Positions 11,410-23,407 of a stretch of 64,000 nucleotides of DNA are shown in pieces. Origin of the DNA: Macrostomum lignano (lineage: Eukaryota); NCBI GenBank assembly GCA_002269645.1, contig NIVC01001607.1, forward strand, positions 1 through 64,000, in the 5' to 3' direction. Position 1 is the stretch's first letter, and each line of letters starts with the position of its first letter. The translations under genes were made by a program, and so were the position numbers. Below the pieces are notes generated by a model. It was given only the letters and a program-made list of their open reading frames with translations, ran no database searches and was not told the origin of the DNA.

Positions 11410-13765
11410 CTAGTGCAATAATCCTTGGTTTATTAATAGCAATAATCCTTGATTAATCAAGTGCAATAATCCTTGGTTTATCAAGTGCAATAATCCTTGG
11501 TTTATCAAGTGCAGTAATCTTTGGCTTATCAAGTGCAATAATCCTTGGTTTATCAAGTGCAATAATCCTTTGTTTATCAAGTGCAATAATCCTTGGTTTA
11601 TCAAGTGCAATAATCCTTGGTTTATCAAGTGCAATAATCCTTGGTTTATCAAGCGCAGTAATCTTTGGCCTATCAAGTGCAATAATCCTTGGTTTATCAA
11701 GTGCAATAATCCTTGGTTTATCAAGTGCAATAATCCTTGGTTTATCTAGCGCAGTAATCCTTGGCTTATCAAGTGCAATAATCATTGGTTTATCAAGTGC
11801 AATATTTGTTTATCAAGTGCAATAATCCTTGGTTTATCAAGTGAAATAATCCTTGGTTTATCAAGTGCAATAGTCCTTGGCTTATCAACTGCAATAATCC
11901 TTGGTTTATCAAGTGCAATAATCCTTGGTTTATCAAGCACAGTAATCCTTGGCCTATCAAGTGCAATATTTGTTTATCAAGTGCAATAATCCTTGGCTTA
12001 TCAACTGCAATAATCCTTGGTTTATCAAGTGCAATAATCCTTGGTTTATCAAGCGCAGTAATCCTTGGCCTATCAAGTGCAATATTTGTTTATCAAGTGC
12101 AATAATCCTTGGTTTATCAAGTGAAACAATCCTTGGTTTATCAAGCGCAGTAATCTTTGGCCTATCAAGTGCAATAATTCTTGGTTTATCAAGTGCAATA
12201 GTCCTTGGTTTATCAAGTGCAGTAATCCTTAGTTTTCCAAGTGCAGTAATCCTTGGTTTATTAAGAGCAATAATCCTTGGCTTATCGAGTGCAGTAATCC
12301 TTGGTTTGCCAAGAGCAATAATCCTTGGTTTATCAAGTGCAGTACTCCTTAGTTTTCTAAGTGCAGTAATCCTTGGTTTATTAAGAGCAATAATCCTTGG
12401 CTTATCGAGTGCAGTAATCCTTGGTTTGCCAAGAGCAATAATCCTTGGTTTATCGAGTGCAGTAATCCTTAGTTTTCCAAGTGCAGTAATCCTTGGTTTA
12501 TTAAGAGCAATAATCCTTGGTTTATCGAGTGCAGTAGTCCTTGGTTTATTAATAGCAATAATCCTTGAATAATCCAGTACATTAATCCCTGGCTTATCAA
12601 GTGCAACATTCTTTAAAATCAAGTGCAATAATCCATGGCTTATCAAGCGCTGTAATCCTTGGCTTATCAAGTGCAATAATCCTTGGTTTTTCAAGTGCAA
12701 TAATCCTTGGTTTATCAAGTGCAATAATCCTTGGTTTATCAAGCGCAGTAATCTTTGGCCTATCAAGTGCAATAATCCTTGGTTTATCAAGTGCAGTAAT
12801 CCTTGGCCTATCAAGTGCAATAATCCTTGGTTTATCAAGTGCAATAATCCTTGGCTTATCAACTGCAATAATCCTTGGTTTATCAAGTGAAATAATCCTT
12901 GGTTTATCAAGTGCAATAATCCTTGGTTTATCAAGTGCAAGAATCCTTGGTTTATCAAGTGAAATAATCCTTGGTTTATCAAGTGCAATAATCCTTGGCT
13001 TATCAAGTGCAATAATCCTTGGTTTATCAAGTGCAATAATCCTTGGTTTATCAAGCGCAGTAATCCTTGGCCTATCAAGTGCAATAATCCTTGGCTTATC
13101 AAGTGCAATAATCCTTGGTTTATCGAGTGCAGTAATCCTTAGTTTTCCAAGTGCAGTAATCCTTGGTTTATTAAGAGCAATAATCCTTGGCTTATCAAGT
13201 GCAGTAGTCCTTGGTTTATTAATAGCAATAATCCTTGAATAATCCAGTGAGTGCATTAATCCTTGGCTTATCAAGTGCAACATTCTTTACTATCAAGTGC
13301 AATAATCCATGGCTTATCAAGCGCTGTAATCCTTGGCTTATCAAGTGCAATAATCCTTGGTTTATCAAGTGCAATAATCCTTTGTTTATCAAGTGCAATA
13401 ATCCTTTGTTTATCAAGTGCAATAATCCTTGGTTTATCAAGCGCAGTAATCCTTGGCTTATCAAGTGCAATAATCCTTGGCTTATCAAGTGCAATAATCC
13501 TTGGTTTATCAAGCGCAGTAATCTTTGGCCTATCAAGTGCAATAATCCTTGGTTTATCAAGTGCAATAATCCTTGGTTTATCAAGTGCAATAGTCCTTGG
13601 TTTATCGAGTGCAGTAATCCTTGGTTTTCCAAGTGCAATAATCCTTGGCTTCTTGAGTGCAGTAATCCTTGGTTTGCCAAGAGCAATAGTCCTTGGTTTA
13701 TCGAGTGCAGTAGTCCTTGGTTTATTAATAGCAATAATCCTTGGTTTATCGAGTGCAGTAATCTA
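11410..13765. repeat. 24-bp satellite array (~2.3 kb) with higher-order block duplications
   Basis: Unit TCAAGTGCAATAATCCTTGGTTTA (the 8-aa ALDKPRII period in the ORF track). The variant block GTGCAACATTCTTT...CCATGG...GCGCTG occurs at 12601 and again at 13275. Confidence 0.95.
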
Positions 13766-14959
13766 AGTGTTTTTATTTAGTCCTTTAATAAAACTTTTTA
13801 ATAAAAAATTTTACACTACTACTTTTAAACTACTTAGATTTGAACCTAGGTCGCTGCATTGGCAGTCTGGTCTGTTCAGCTCTAGGCTAGCTCTCATCAA
13901 AGTTATCAGTGATGTTGTACCACTTATATAATTCAACACTCACACCAAGTCAGGTAGAGTAAAAAGTCTCACGAAGCAGTTATGACATAATCAATTTCTT
14001 AGGCAAGTCAGTACCAGTGTCTATGAAAGTTTACAATATGGTTATGTAATATAAATTCAGTACTGCGCTATGCTTTCACACTCAAAGCTGTGACGCAATT
14101 CAATTGAGTGTCAAATTCAGCCAGTACACAGACGATAAATAAAGTGTATTGTGATGCAATCTATTTCAGAATCAGAATTCAACCAGTCAGTTTTTCTGCT
14201 AGCATTCTTACAATGCATTTCAAGTCGAAAAAGCTGCTTGACCTTTGCAAAAAAGCATGTTTTTCGAATATTTAATCCCTTTAATATTGAGCAATTTCTT
14301 AGCCAAGATGCATGTACCGTCACAGAAAAATTTCTGATCGAACAGTGCAAGTTCGAAGAAAATCGGTTGAGCCGTTTTTGCTAAAATCGATCACACACAT
14401 ACCGACAGACTATTTTTAGTATATGGATGGACTAGCCATTTAGCCCCCTGCTAGGGAGCCCAAAAATGACACCAATTGGTTTTTATTTTGACACAAGAGT
14501 AACCTTACTATAATTATCCAAAATGTTGATTTCCATTAATCAAAAATTACCTTTTCTCATTTTGGCAAAAATAAATTGCCATGAATCAGAACTTTCATCA
14601 GCCAAAAAAGTTTCCTTCATCAGCACAAAACCCTTTTTCAATCAACAAATAGTGCTTATCCTTTCAAGCACAAACTCTTAGTGCATATTGTCGCTGGCCG
14701 GGGCATATTCTGATCCGCAGCAAATATGCAAATCATTGACGGCCTTAGACCCTCTCTCTTAATTAGCCTGAATCAAAGAATGAAACCTTTAATAAATGCG
14801 CTGGTATTTCCTATTAGCAGAAATCAGCATCACTTGTATGTACAATTTCATTATCTGAATTACATGAGGTACTTCAGCGTACTACCTGACTATCTGACAA
14901 TCGCCCAACAACCTAATATCCCCCAACAATTCAGCCATCGTCCATGAGCCTTGGCATCT

Positions 14960-15540
14960 TAGCAATTCCCCTCCCCCCCAGTAAGCCTTGACATATCAGC
15001 AATTCTCCCAGTAAGCCTTTACATCTCAGCAATTCCCCCAGTAAGCCTTGAAATCTCACCAATTCCCCCAGTAAGCCTTGACATCTCAGCAATTCCACCA
15101 GTAAGCCTTGACAAGAATTGCTAAGAATACTTGGCTAACAATTGCTAATACTTGCAAGAGCTGAGAAGCCTTGAGATTTCAGCAATTCCCCCAGTAAGCA
15201 TTGATATCTCAGCATTCCCCCAGTAAGCCTTGAAATCTCAGCATTCCCCCAGAAAGCCTTTACATCTTAGCAATTCCCAGTAAGACAATTCATCAATTCC
15301 CCCAGAAAGCAGTTCCCCCATTAAGCATCGACATCGCAGAAATTAAACTCGAGCCTTGACATCTACATAGTTCTCTCAGCCGAGTAAGCCTTGACATCCC
15401 AACAACCCAACTCCCCTCCCCCAAGAATTCAGCAATCCCCTTATGAGCCTTGATATCTTAGCAATTTCTTCATGAGCCTTGTCAACTCAGCGATTCCATC
15501 CATGAGCTTTGATATCTTAGCAACTCCCATCTTAGCTAGT
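14960..15540. repeat. Degenerate ~30-bp minisatellite
   Basis: Repeated AGCAATTCCCCCAGTAAGCCTTGACATCTC-like units. Confidence 0.8.
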
Positions 15541-16742
15541 CTTTAGTTGATGGCAAGTCCTTGGTTGATGGTTAACAGAGTGGTTATTCTATGATTAAAC
15601 CAAAACTGACCCTAAGCCCCTAACCCTAACCCATAAGTGAGTCTTGGCATGTTAGCAATCTCCCCCATGAGCCTTGAGCCTGAGCATTTAAGTAACTTCC
15701 TCATAAGCTTTGAAATATAAATTTCACCGAAAGCCTTAAACTGTCAGCAATTCCCGAAGAGCCAAGGCATATAACTAATTCAACCCTTTAATCTTAGAAA
15801 TTCCTTAATGAATCATTTATGATTGACACGACGATGGCTCTATAATTGAACTCAAACCCTAACCCTTAACCTGCAGCCGAGTCACAGCATTTCAGCAACT
15901 CCTTCTCAGCTCAAGAATTTCAGAAATTCTCCAATGAGCTTTTGAAATCTTAGCAATTTTTCCCATGAGCATAAAAATTTAGCAACTAACCTTTTGATAT
16001 CTTGGCACTTTCACACGAGTCTTATGATTGAACCCTAACCCTGCCAAGTCACAGCATTTCAGCAATTCCCACTATGCAATATGCAATCATTATGCAATGA
16101 AAAAAGTCATTTATTGTTGCAACACTCGCAGAGTTTTAAGAATGCACATGCACTCAAATTTTTTTTAGCATGCACTTGCAACTATTGATTTTTGTTCAGG
16201 CATGCACCCAGCATGATCTAGACTATGAAAATATGCAAGTTTTTTAAATATGCACAAAATGGAGTATGAGAAAATGGAATTACTTGTATATCAATTTATT
16301 ATTAGGCATTAGATTTATAGTTACTTGATTTATTATTATAACATGAAAATAGGCATTTTTTGTTATTTGTATTGAAATTTAAGTAGTTAAAAAATATAAT
16401 GTGTTTGATCCAAAGCTTTTATCAATCATAGATAGACCTAGGTTTGATTAGCCTAACTAGGTCTAGATTCGCCTCGGTCAATAAACAAGTCACTCAAGCA
16501 TTTATGCCCCTAGGTATAGAAAGGTAGACCTAAGTTATCTAACTCATTGATTATTATTAATCTATTAAATTGAATAGGTAGTAGGCTCATATAGCTAGTA
16601 TTTTTTTATTTTATATAGGCTTAACAAAAACAAAAACCTTGACTTAAACAATAAATCCATATAAAAATTCTTGATATTCTACTTTAGATGCAAAATTGTA
16701 CCCAACTTTTAGGCCTAGACAATCATTTTTCGCACCTTGTGT

Positions 16743-18614
16743 ATAAGAACCAAACATGAGCCACAATTCATAAGTGAATCAAAGTTTTATAAGCACTTCT
16801 TAGAATAAGTTTTCTAGCTGATTACTGTAAAATGATGTTTTTTTAGATGGATTGTTGTTAAAAATATAATTAGCAAACAAAAGTGCTTTATTAACTACTT
16901 GGTATTTTGTATAATGCCCATAAGCATAGAATGAATCAGCTAGTCTAACACATTCAGCTGATGATGCACTCAACACATCAGCTTGCAAATGGCTACCCAT
17001 TTTATAGGCTAGATTATAGATAATGATTATATCCTAGGCAACTGGCTAGCACCTAAGATAGAATTTTAGATAAGATTCTATATAATTATAAATAAAGTGT
17101 TCACTGCTTCTAGATATCTAATGCATGCACTAATATAATTATGCTAGCAGTTAATAGTAAAGAAACCATATACAATTTGAATAGGCTCTATTAGTATTGG
17201 TTTCAGATATCCTTAATGCACTCTGTGGTTTATTAGGAATGTCAGAATGTGAACAAATTGGGTAGGTAGGACACCTTGTTCAGGTATTTTATCCTGCTTA
17301 CAATTGGTAAGCTTATGTCAAAGGCTAAAAATCCTGTCAGCAGCAACAATGGTTGGACAGTCTATTTAGATTTCTAAGAACAAAGGAGGAAAAGAACAAA
17401 TTTTTTTCAAGAGTAAGTGATTGAGTTAGATTAGGATTTTTCAATATCACCATGCTTGGGCGCAACCTAGGAATTCACTCAACTGTTTATATTGGCAACA
17501 CACACACACATAAGTCGCTATTAGATAGAATAGTAGTCACATGACTGCTCTCAGCCATGTGTGTGTTGCCAATAGAAATGGCTGAGTGATTCCTAAGGTT
17601 GCACTTGTATGAATATCACAATATATAAATATGTTTACTTCTGGTAGAATGTTTCTTTATATGATTTTTATTGAACACCTGTGTCTCCAAGAAAGGAGCT
17701 AGAAAGAGATATAGTAAACACCAATTTCATATTTTATTAAAATACTCCAATCCCAATGTGTGTGTAGTAGTGTCAAAATTTTCTGTCTTTTGTTGCTTGA
17801 ATCCCAAATTCTAAGGACTTAAGAGCTCCCTTCACATTGAAAATGAAAACATTCATCTTAACATTAGCCCCTACCCCTCACCACCCAACCACAATGTGCA
17901 TGTGGCATCAAAGCTCTCTGTTTCTTAAGTCCCCAAATTTATTTAGGGACTTAAGAGCTCCCCTTAAAATGTGAAAACATTCATCTTAACTATCAACTCC
18001 AGCTCCTTTTACTCAACCATAATGTGGACATGGCATTGGCTATCTATGTTGATGCTTGAGTCCTAAATTCCAGAGAGTTTGAAATTGGCAACATTCATTT
18101 ATTTCTACTACCCTAACCCCATCAAATCAACAGCTCCAATCGTCTTTCAAGAGTGGTATTACTAGATATGGGAAGTATATGTTTCCATAACTATATCTAT
18201 ATCCATATGCTTGGCCCAAAACCTCCATATCTGTACCTACAGTGGAATTCCACATTTTAATTACTCAAAGTTTGCATTAGGCAAATTAATTCCAGAAAGC
18301 CCAAACTAGTACTTACAGCACGCAGCCAGATTAGGCAAATGTTAGGTCATAGTGTGCTATCTAGAAGAAGATGGCAGTAACAATTAAGTGTGCCATGTCA
18401 GTAACAATACAGCAATAGTAGGTCTTGTTTTGCTAGCATAGCTGCTGCAGTGCAGTTTATGGAGCTCTATGAAGTCAAGGCAATAGTGGGATACAAAATA
18501 GCTTTCAATCGCATGGTGCTTTACTCCTAGCTGTTTCAAAGCATGGCGCTAGCTAAAGGTCCATAAGTTACGCCTGGATCTCATATGGTGACAGAGAGTG
18601 ATAGGCCTTCATAC
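16743..18614 (-). pseudogene. Possible decayed multi-exon gene; the 18614-18317 segment is RAP-domain (FASTK family)-like
   Basis: AG/GT-bounded exon-like segments at 18614-18317, ~17373-17190 and ~17010-16743. The first reads ALKQLGVKHHAIESYFVSHYCLDF...PTIAVLLLTWH...HTMT*HLPNL, with four in-frame stops and a frameshift. Resemblance was judged by eye only. Confidence 0.25.
17451..17611. mobile_element. Palindromic MITE-like element, copy 2 (inverted relative to copy 1)
   Basis: CATGCTTGGGCGCAACCTAGGAATTCACTC...GATTCCTAAGGTTGCACTTGTATG aligns with the reverse complement of 4871-5041, with a short internal deletion. Confidence 0.65.
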
Positions 18615-18852
18615 CTAAAGCAGTTTTGTTCATTACAGGAATTTAATTTAACAAATACAGACAGAAAATACTGTAAAATTGACAAAAAGAAAGCCTAAAT
18701 GTTTATCAGGTGTCATTAAAAGTACATGACCTGCATTTTAATCATTATTGTTTCAAAGTACAATCTGTTAATTTTTTTAAATGGAGTTCCATCCTGCTAA
18801 TTATCAGTAAATCAAAATGATTTCAGCTCAGATTATCAATTACTAAAGCAAC

Positions 18853-19008
18853 ATGCCGTCGCACAAGACTTTCCGCATGAAAACTAAGCTGGCCCGAAAG
18901 CAGAAGGTGAATCGGCCAGTGCCGCAATGGGTTCGCATGCGCAATGGCAACACGGTGCGATACAATGCCAAAAGGCGGCACTGGCGCCGTACTAAGCTGA
19001 GGTTGTAA
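18853..19008 (+). CDS. RPL39: 60S ribosomal protein L39 (eL39), 51 aa, intronless CDS
   Basis: [51 protein letters not shown], with the hallmark NRPxPQW and RRHWRRTKL. It is below the ORF-track length cutoff. AATAAA at 19103. Confidence 0.97.
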   Translation: MPSHKTFRMKTKLARKQKVNRPVPQWVRMRNGNTVRYNAKRRHWRRTKLRL

Positions 19009-19221
19009 TATGGATTGATTGTTTCGTGACGTCAGATTGATGTAGCATAAGTGGAATCGTTTGAGCTGGCTGCTGACATTTTGCTTAGGTCTGTTTGAAG
19101 CAAATAAAAACAATTTATTGTTGACGGAATCTTATTTGGAATTTCGGTTTTCTCTTATTTCTTTTTTCTAGGCACAGCTGCTTACTGTAAGAAGAATGTG
19201 CTCTTAATTAGACTGGGATTA

Positions 19222-19765
19222 ACCCATTCCTACCTGCTAATATTCTCCACCTGACCCATTCCTACCTGCTAATATTCTCCACCTGACCCATTCCTACCTG
19301 CTAATATTCTCTACCTGACCCATTCCTACCTGCTAATATTCTCCACCTGACCCATTCCTACCTGCTAATATTCTCCACCTGACCCATTCCTACCTGCTAA
19401 TATTCTCCACCTGACCCATTCCTACCTGCTAATATTCTCCACCTGACCCATTCCCACCTGCTAATATTCTCCTCCTGACCCATTCCTACCTGCTAATATT
19501 CTCCACCTGACCCATTCCTACCTGCTAATATTCTCCACCTGACCCATTCCTACCTGCTAATATTCTCCACCTGACCCATTACTACCTGCTAATATTCTCC
19601 ACCTGACCCATTCCTACCTGCTAATATTCTCCACCTGACCCATTCCTACCTGCTAATATTCTCCACCTGACCCATTCCTACCTGCTAATATTCTCCACCT
19701 GACCCATTCCTACCTGCTAATATTCTCCACCTGACCCATTCCTACCTGCTAATATTCTCCACCTG
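19222..19765. repeat. 32-bp minisatellite between RPL39 and COQ10
   Basis: Unit CTGACCCATTCCTACCTGCTAATATTCTCCAC; period 32 (19223 to 19255). Confidence 0.95.
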
Positions 19766-19856
19766 AGCTACCCAACCTTTTCATGCACTCTACTGCTGTC
19801 GCTGCCTAACCTTTTTTACCGGCCTCCTCTGCGGTCCCAAGAGGTCGACTATTAAG

Positions 19857-20498
19857 ATGAACAAGATAAAGGCGAATCTTTTGTTGCTGCGCCAGCGTCG
19901 CAGTTTGTCAACTTCAATGAAATCGCCGACTTCAACTCCGGTGGCTACAATGCGCTACGCTGAGCGTCGCCTTCTCGGCTTCAGTCGGGAGCAGATGTTT
20001 GCGGTAGTGTCCGGAGTTGAGCACTATCACAGATTCGTGCCCTGGTGCACAGGTAGCCAAGTTGAAGATCGCCGTCAGCTTGTTGATGTTGCTAATTTTG
20101 GCCTACCCGGCGCTGCCGGTGTCAGCGGGCCAGGCGAACAATTCACTGGCCGGCTAAGCATCGGGTTCCCGCCCTTGTTGCAGCAGAGCTACAGCTCCGT
20201 AGTCACGTGCTGCCGGCCTCAGCTTGTTCATTCGCGTTGTACAGACGCAAATCTGTTTCGTCTGCTAGATACAACTTGGCGATTTCATCCCGGCTTGAGT
20301 GGCCGGCCAGCCACTTGCATACTCGATTTCGGCGTTGAATTCGCTTTTCAAAGCAGTTTGCACACCTCCTTAGCAGATCTGTTCTTTGATCGGGTGGTCA
20401 CCGCCATGGTGTCTGCGTTCCTGCACGAGGCCGGGCGGCGATACGGGCCGGAGAGTGTAGGGCCGCAGCGGCCTACTGTTCTGGTGTACAAGAGATGA
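19857..20498 (+). CDS. COQ10: Coenzyme Q-binding protein COQ10 (START/polyketide cyclase fold), 213 aa
   Basis: Arg/Ser-rich N-terminus resembling a mitochondrial presequence, then YAERRLLGFSREQMFAVVSGVEHYHRFVPWC...LSIGFPP...WRF...CILDFGVEFAFQSSLH...FFDRVVTAMVSAF. AATAAA at 21065. Confidence 0.93.
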   Translation: MNKIKANLLLLRQRRSLSTSMKSPTSTPVATMRYAERRLLGFSREQMFAVVSGVEHYHRFVPWCTGSQVEDRRQLVDVANFGLPGAAGVSGPGEQFTGRLSIGFPPLLQQSYSSVVTCCRPQLVHSRCTDANLFRLLDTTWRFHPGLSGRPATCILDFGVEFAFQSSLHTSLADLFFDRVVTAMVSAFLHEAGRRYGPESVGPQRPTVLVYKR

Positions 20499-21229
20499 TG
20501 GCATCGGCAATCTGGCCTGAATCGGAAGTTAATTGTTCTTGCAAAAGAAGTGACGACATGATATACAATAGTAGAGATTCGCAGGCTGAGGCAATTCTGC
20601 CCATTCTGCACATCCTGAACGCACACGCTCACACAGGGTGTACAGCAGCCCTGACTCAAATCCTCAGGGGTCATCGGAATAGGCATGACTGTTGGCCTCA
20701 TCTCTCTGACTGCATATCAACTGTTCTATTGGCGTATTTCAAGGACAGTTACAACTATCTTTCGTCTCGGGCATGAGCTTTACTGTCACCGATGCTCAGT
20801 CTGGTGCTGCTCAATCATTTCTTTATTAATATGCTGTAGTAATTGTACAGCTCCTGTGATACAATATAAATAGTTGAAATGACCTGTATGCTTTATGCGT
20901 TTATTGATAGACAAGGTTATATTGCTGTCTTATCAACTATTGTATTGTGAATTTGTGTATTGTGTAGTCAGTGCAGCACGTCTTTGATGCAGACATGCAG
21001 GGTTTTGTGTCTTACTAGCCCATACCACTGCATCCTGGGCTTGTGTCTGCCTTTTATTTGTAGTAATAAAACAAAACAAAAATATTTAATTTCGACATAG
21101 AGTCGTTCGCGTGGAAGTTACAAAGTTGTGAGTTTCTTCTTACATTGAGTTAAATAGGTTGGGAATGGGTAGGAATCTATGTGGGGGCTTTAGAGGTATC
21201 ACAATAGAGGGGGGTTTATTTAAAGTATG

Positions 21230-21850
21230 GGAATTCCCTTTGATAATCAAAAGAGTATGGTAATTCACCCCCCCCCCCCCGAGAATTAACAGTAAGTTAA
21301 TTCCCCCTTGAGAATCAGCAAAGTATGGGGGAATTCCCTCCTTGAGAATAAACCCCTGATAATCAACAGTAAGTGAATTTTCCTTTGAGAATCAACAGAG
21401 TATGGGAATTCCCCTTTAAGAAGTATAGGAATACCCCTGAGAATCAACAGTAAGTGAATTTTCCCTTGAGAATCAAAAAAGTATCGGAATTCCCCTTGGG
21501 AATCAGCAGAGTATGGGAATTCCCCCTTGAGAATTAGAAAAGTATGCGGGGAATTCCCCCCTTGAGAATAAACAAAGTATGGGAATACCCCTGATAATCA
21601 ACAGTAAGTGAATTTCCCTTTGAGAATCAACAGAGTATGGGAATTGCCCTTTAAGAATCAGCATAGTATGGGAATTCTCTTTTGAGAATCGGCAAAGTAT
21701 GGGAATTCCCCCTGAGAGTCAACAAAGTATCGGAATTTCCCCTTGAGAATCAACAAAGTATCGGAATTCCCTCTTGGGAATCAGCAAAGTATGGGAATTC
21801 CCCCTTGAGAATCAGCAGAGTATGTGAATTCCTTTCTCGATAATCAGCAG
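21230..21850. repeat. Degenerate ~30-bp minisatellite upstream of or within the EF-hand gene
   Basis: Repeated GAGAATCAACAAAGTATGGGAATTCCCCTT-like units. Confidence 0.85.
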
Positions 21851-21917
21851 AGCATCAACAACAGATTGATTAAGTTCCAATGTTTGTATCGCAGAAATTT
21901 TACTATTCAAATTTCAG

Positions 21918-22959
21918 GCCGAAGGTCACTCCGTGTTTCGCGCAACGCCTCAACAGCTGCAGGCTTACAGCCGGTTCTGCAGCTACACGGAAGAGGAAGT
22001 CAACCAAGTGCTGGCCAAGTACCGCCAATTGGATAGGAGCAGAAACCACACTGCCGGTGTGTGGTACGAAGATCTGGCTGGAAAATGCACTGAAATGCAG
22101 GTGCGCTTTAAGTATTCGCTGGGTGTCTGACATTCCGTCTCCACTCTGATATGCTTTTGTTGACTCCCCTTGAGATACTTAATGGCTCATTTTGAGATCC
22201 CCTTTTACTGACTCATACTGATCCTATCTCATTCCTAAGATCCTGTCTCATTCCTAAGATCCTGTCTCATACCTAAGATCCTATCTCACCCTAAGATCCT
22301 GTCTAACATTTAAGATCCTGTCTCATACCTAAGACTCTATCTTATTCCTAAGATCCTGTCTCATACCTAAAATCCTATGTCACCCTAAGATCCTGTCTCA
22401 CGCATATAGATCCTGTCTCACGCATATAGATCCTGTCTCATCCCTAAGATCCTATCTCACCCTAGAGATAGTGTCTTAACCCCAAGATGCTATCTCTTCA
22501 CTGAGAAATCTTGAGACTTCACTGAAGTCCTATCACACTATGTCACCATCCCTTGATATCCCTCGCCATCTGCCGCAGGGCAATCGTTTGCTTACGCTCG
22601 CTGCCAAGGCCGTCGCCGGCTCCACCAGCCGCCTCGATGTTGACCGATTCGTCAGGTTAGTCTGGCTGCTATCCAGCCGGGCCAGCGTGCAGGAGAAACG
22701 CGACCTGCTCTGGCGCGTGCTGGACCCCCACCAGACTGGTCGAGTGCGGCGGGCCGGCCTGTTTAGATTCCTATCCGCCACCATGGGCGGCAACCTCACA
22801 GATGATCAGCTGCTTGACCTAGTTGAATCGGCTCTGGCCGCCGCCGATCCGAAACCGGCCGGCCTGGAGCCCGAGCTCACTAGGGAGTATTTCTTCTCGG
22901 CTATGGTTAGCGATTTGTTGGTTTTTCAAAAACTAACCGCCGATTTGCACTATAACTAG
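21918..22959 (+). CDS. Calcineurin B / CHP-like EF-hand protein with degenerate calcium loops; start codon exon not established
   Basis: Exon 21918-22100 (TTTCAG|AEGHSVF...FCSYTEEEVNQVLAKYRQLD...TEMQ|GT) is joined in phase 0 to 22579-22959 (GNRLL...DVDRFV...QEKRDLLWRVLDPHQTGRV...MGGNLTDDQLLDLVESALAAAD...). It is collinear with the calcineurin B pattern. Candidate start ATG|GTAATT at 21257. AATAAA at 23109. Confidence 0.75.
22225..22470. repeat. 19-bp minisatellite in the intron of the EF-hand gene
   Basis: Unit CTAAGATCCTGTCTCATAC. Confidence 0.85.
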
Positions 22960-23186
22960 TAGTTATGTGATAGTAGTATCTACTGCGGGCGTGATGTTTG
23001 ATTTTCAGTGACTTTCTTAGATAATCTGCTCAAATTTTGATAAAACTGTGATTCAACTTTGATACAGTTAACTTGTGCATTCCATTATTATTGTGATCAT
23101 GTCCTTTCAATAAAAAATCTCTGATTTATTTATTCCTATAGTACTTTGTTCTCAATGAACAGCTTTACTAGATAAAAAATAAACTG

Positions 23187-23336
<150 letters not shown>

Positions 23337-23407
23337 CAGCCCAGCCCCCTGCACCCACCCAGCTACACAGCAGTCGCCGCTGCACAATTCCAGCCTACCT
23401 AAGCGCA

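Larger units (their letters stand above)
10671..14427 (-). mobile_element. Non-autonomous Helitron-like element with internal satellite
   Basis: Minus-strand 5' end A|TCCATATACTAAAAATAGTCTGTCGGTATGTGTG...AAAAACGGCTCAACCGATTTTC resembles the start of invertebrate non-autonomous Helitron/HINE elements. The 3' end has a GC hairpin (CCCC-GAA-GGGG) shortly before CTAG|T at 10674-10670. A similar hairpin plus CTAGT sits at 14431-14460, immediately upstream. Confidence 0.45.

Noticed and set aside
11410-13780. Long ORFs such as HLINQGLL, ALDKPRII and LGLSSAII repeats
   Set aside because: They are open on both strands and in several frames because the 24-bp unit lacks stops. There is no signal peptide, unique domain or splice context.
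15618-16045. CCCTAA telomere-like hexamers
   Set aside because: Only 1-3 copies at scattered spots inside degenerate repeats; too short to call interstitial telomere.
9958-21128. Shared 15-mer AAGTTACAAAGTTGT at about 9959 and 21116
   Set aside because: Short, AT-rich, and the similarity does not extend on either side.
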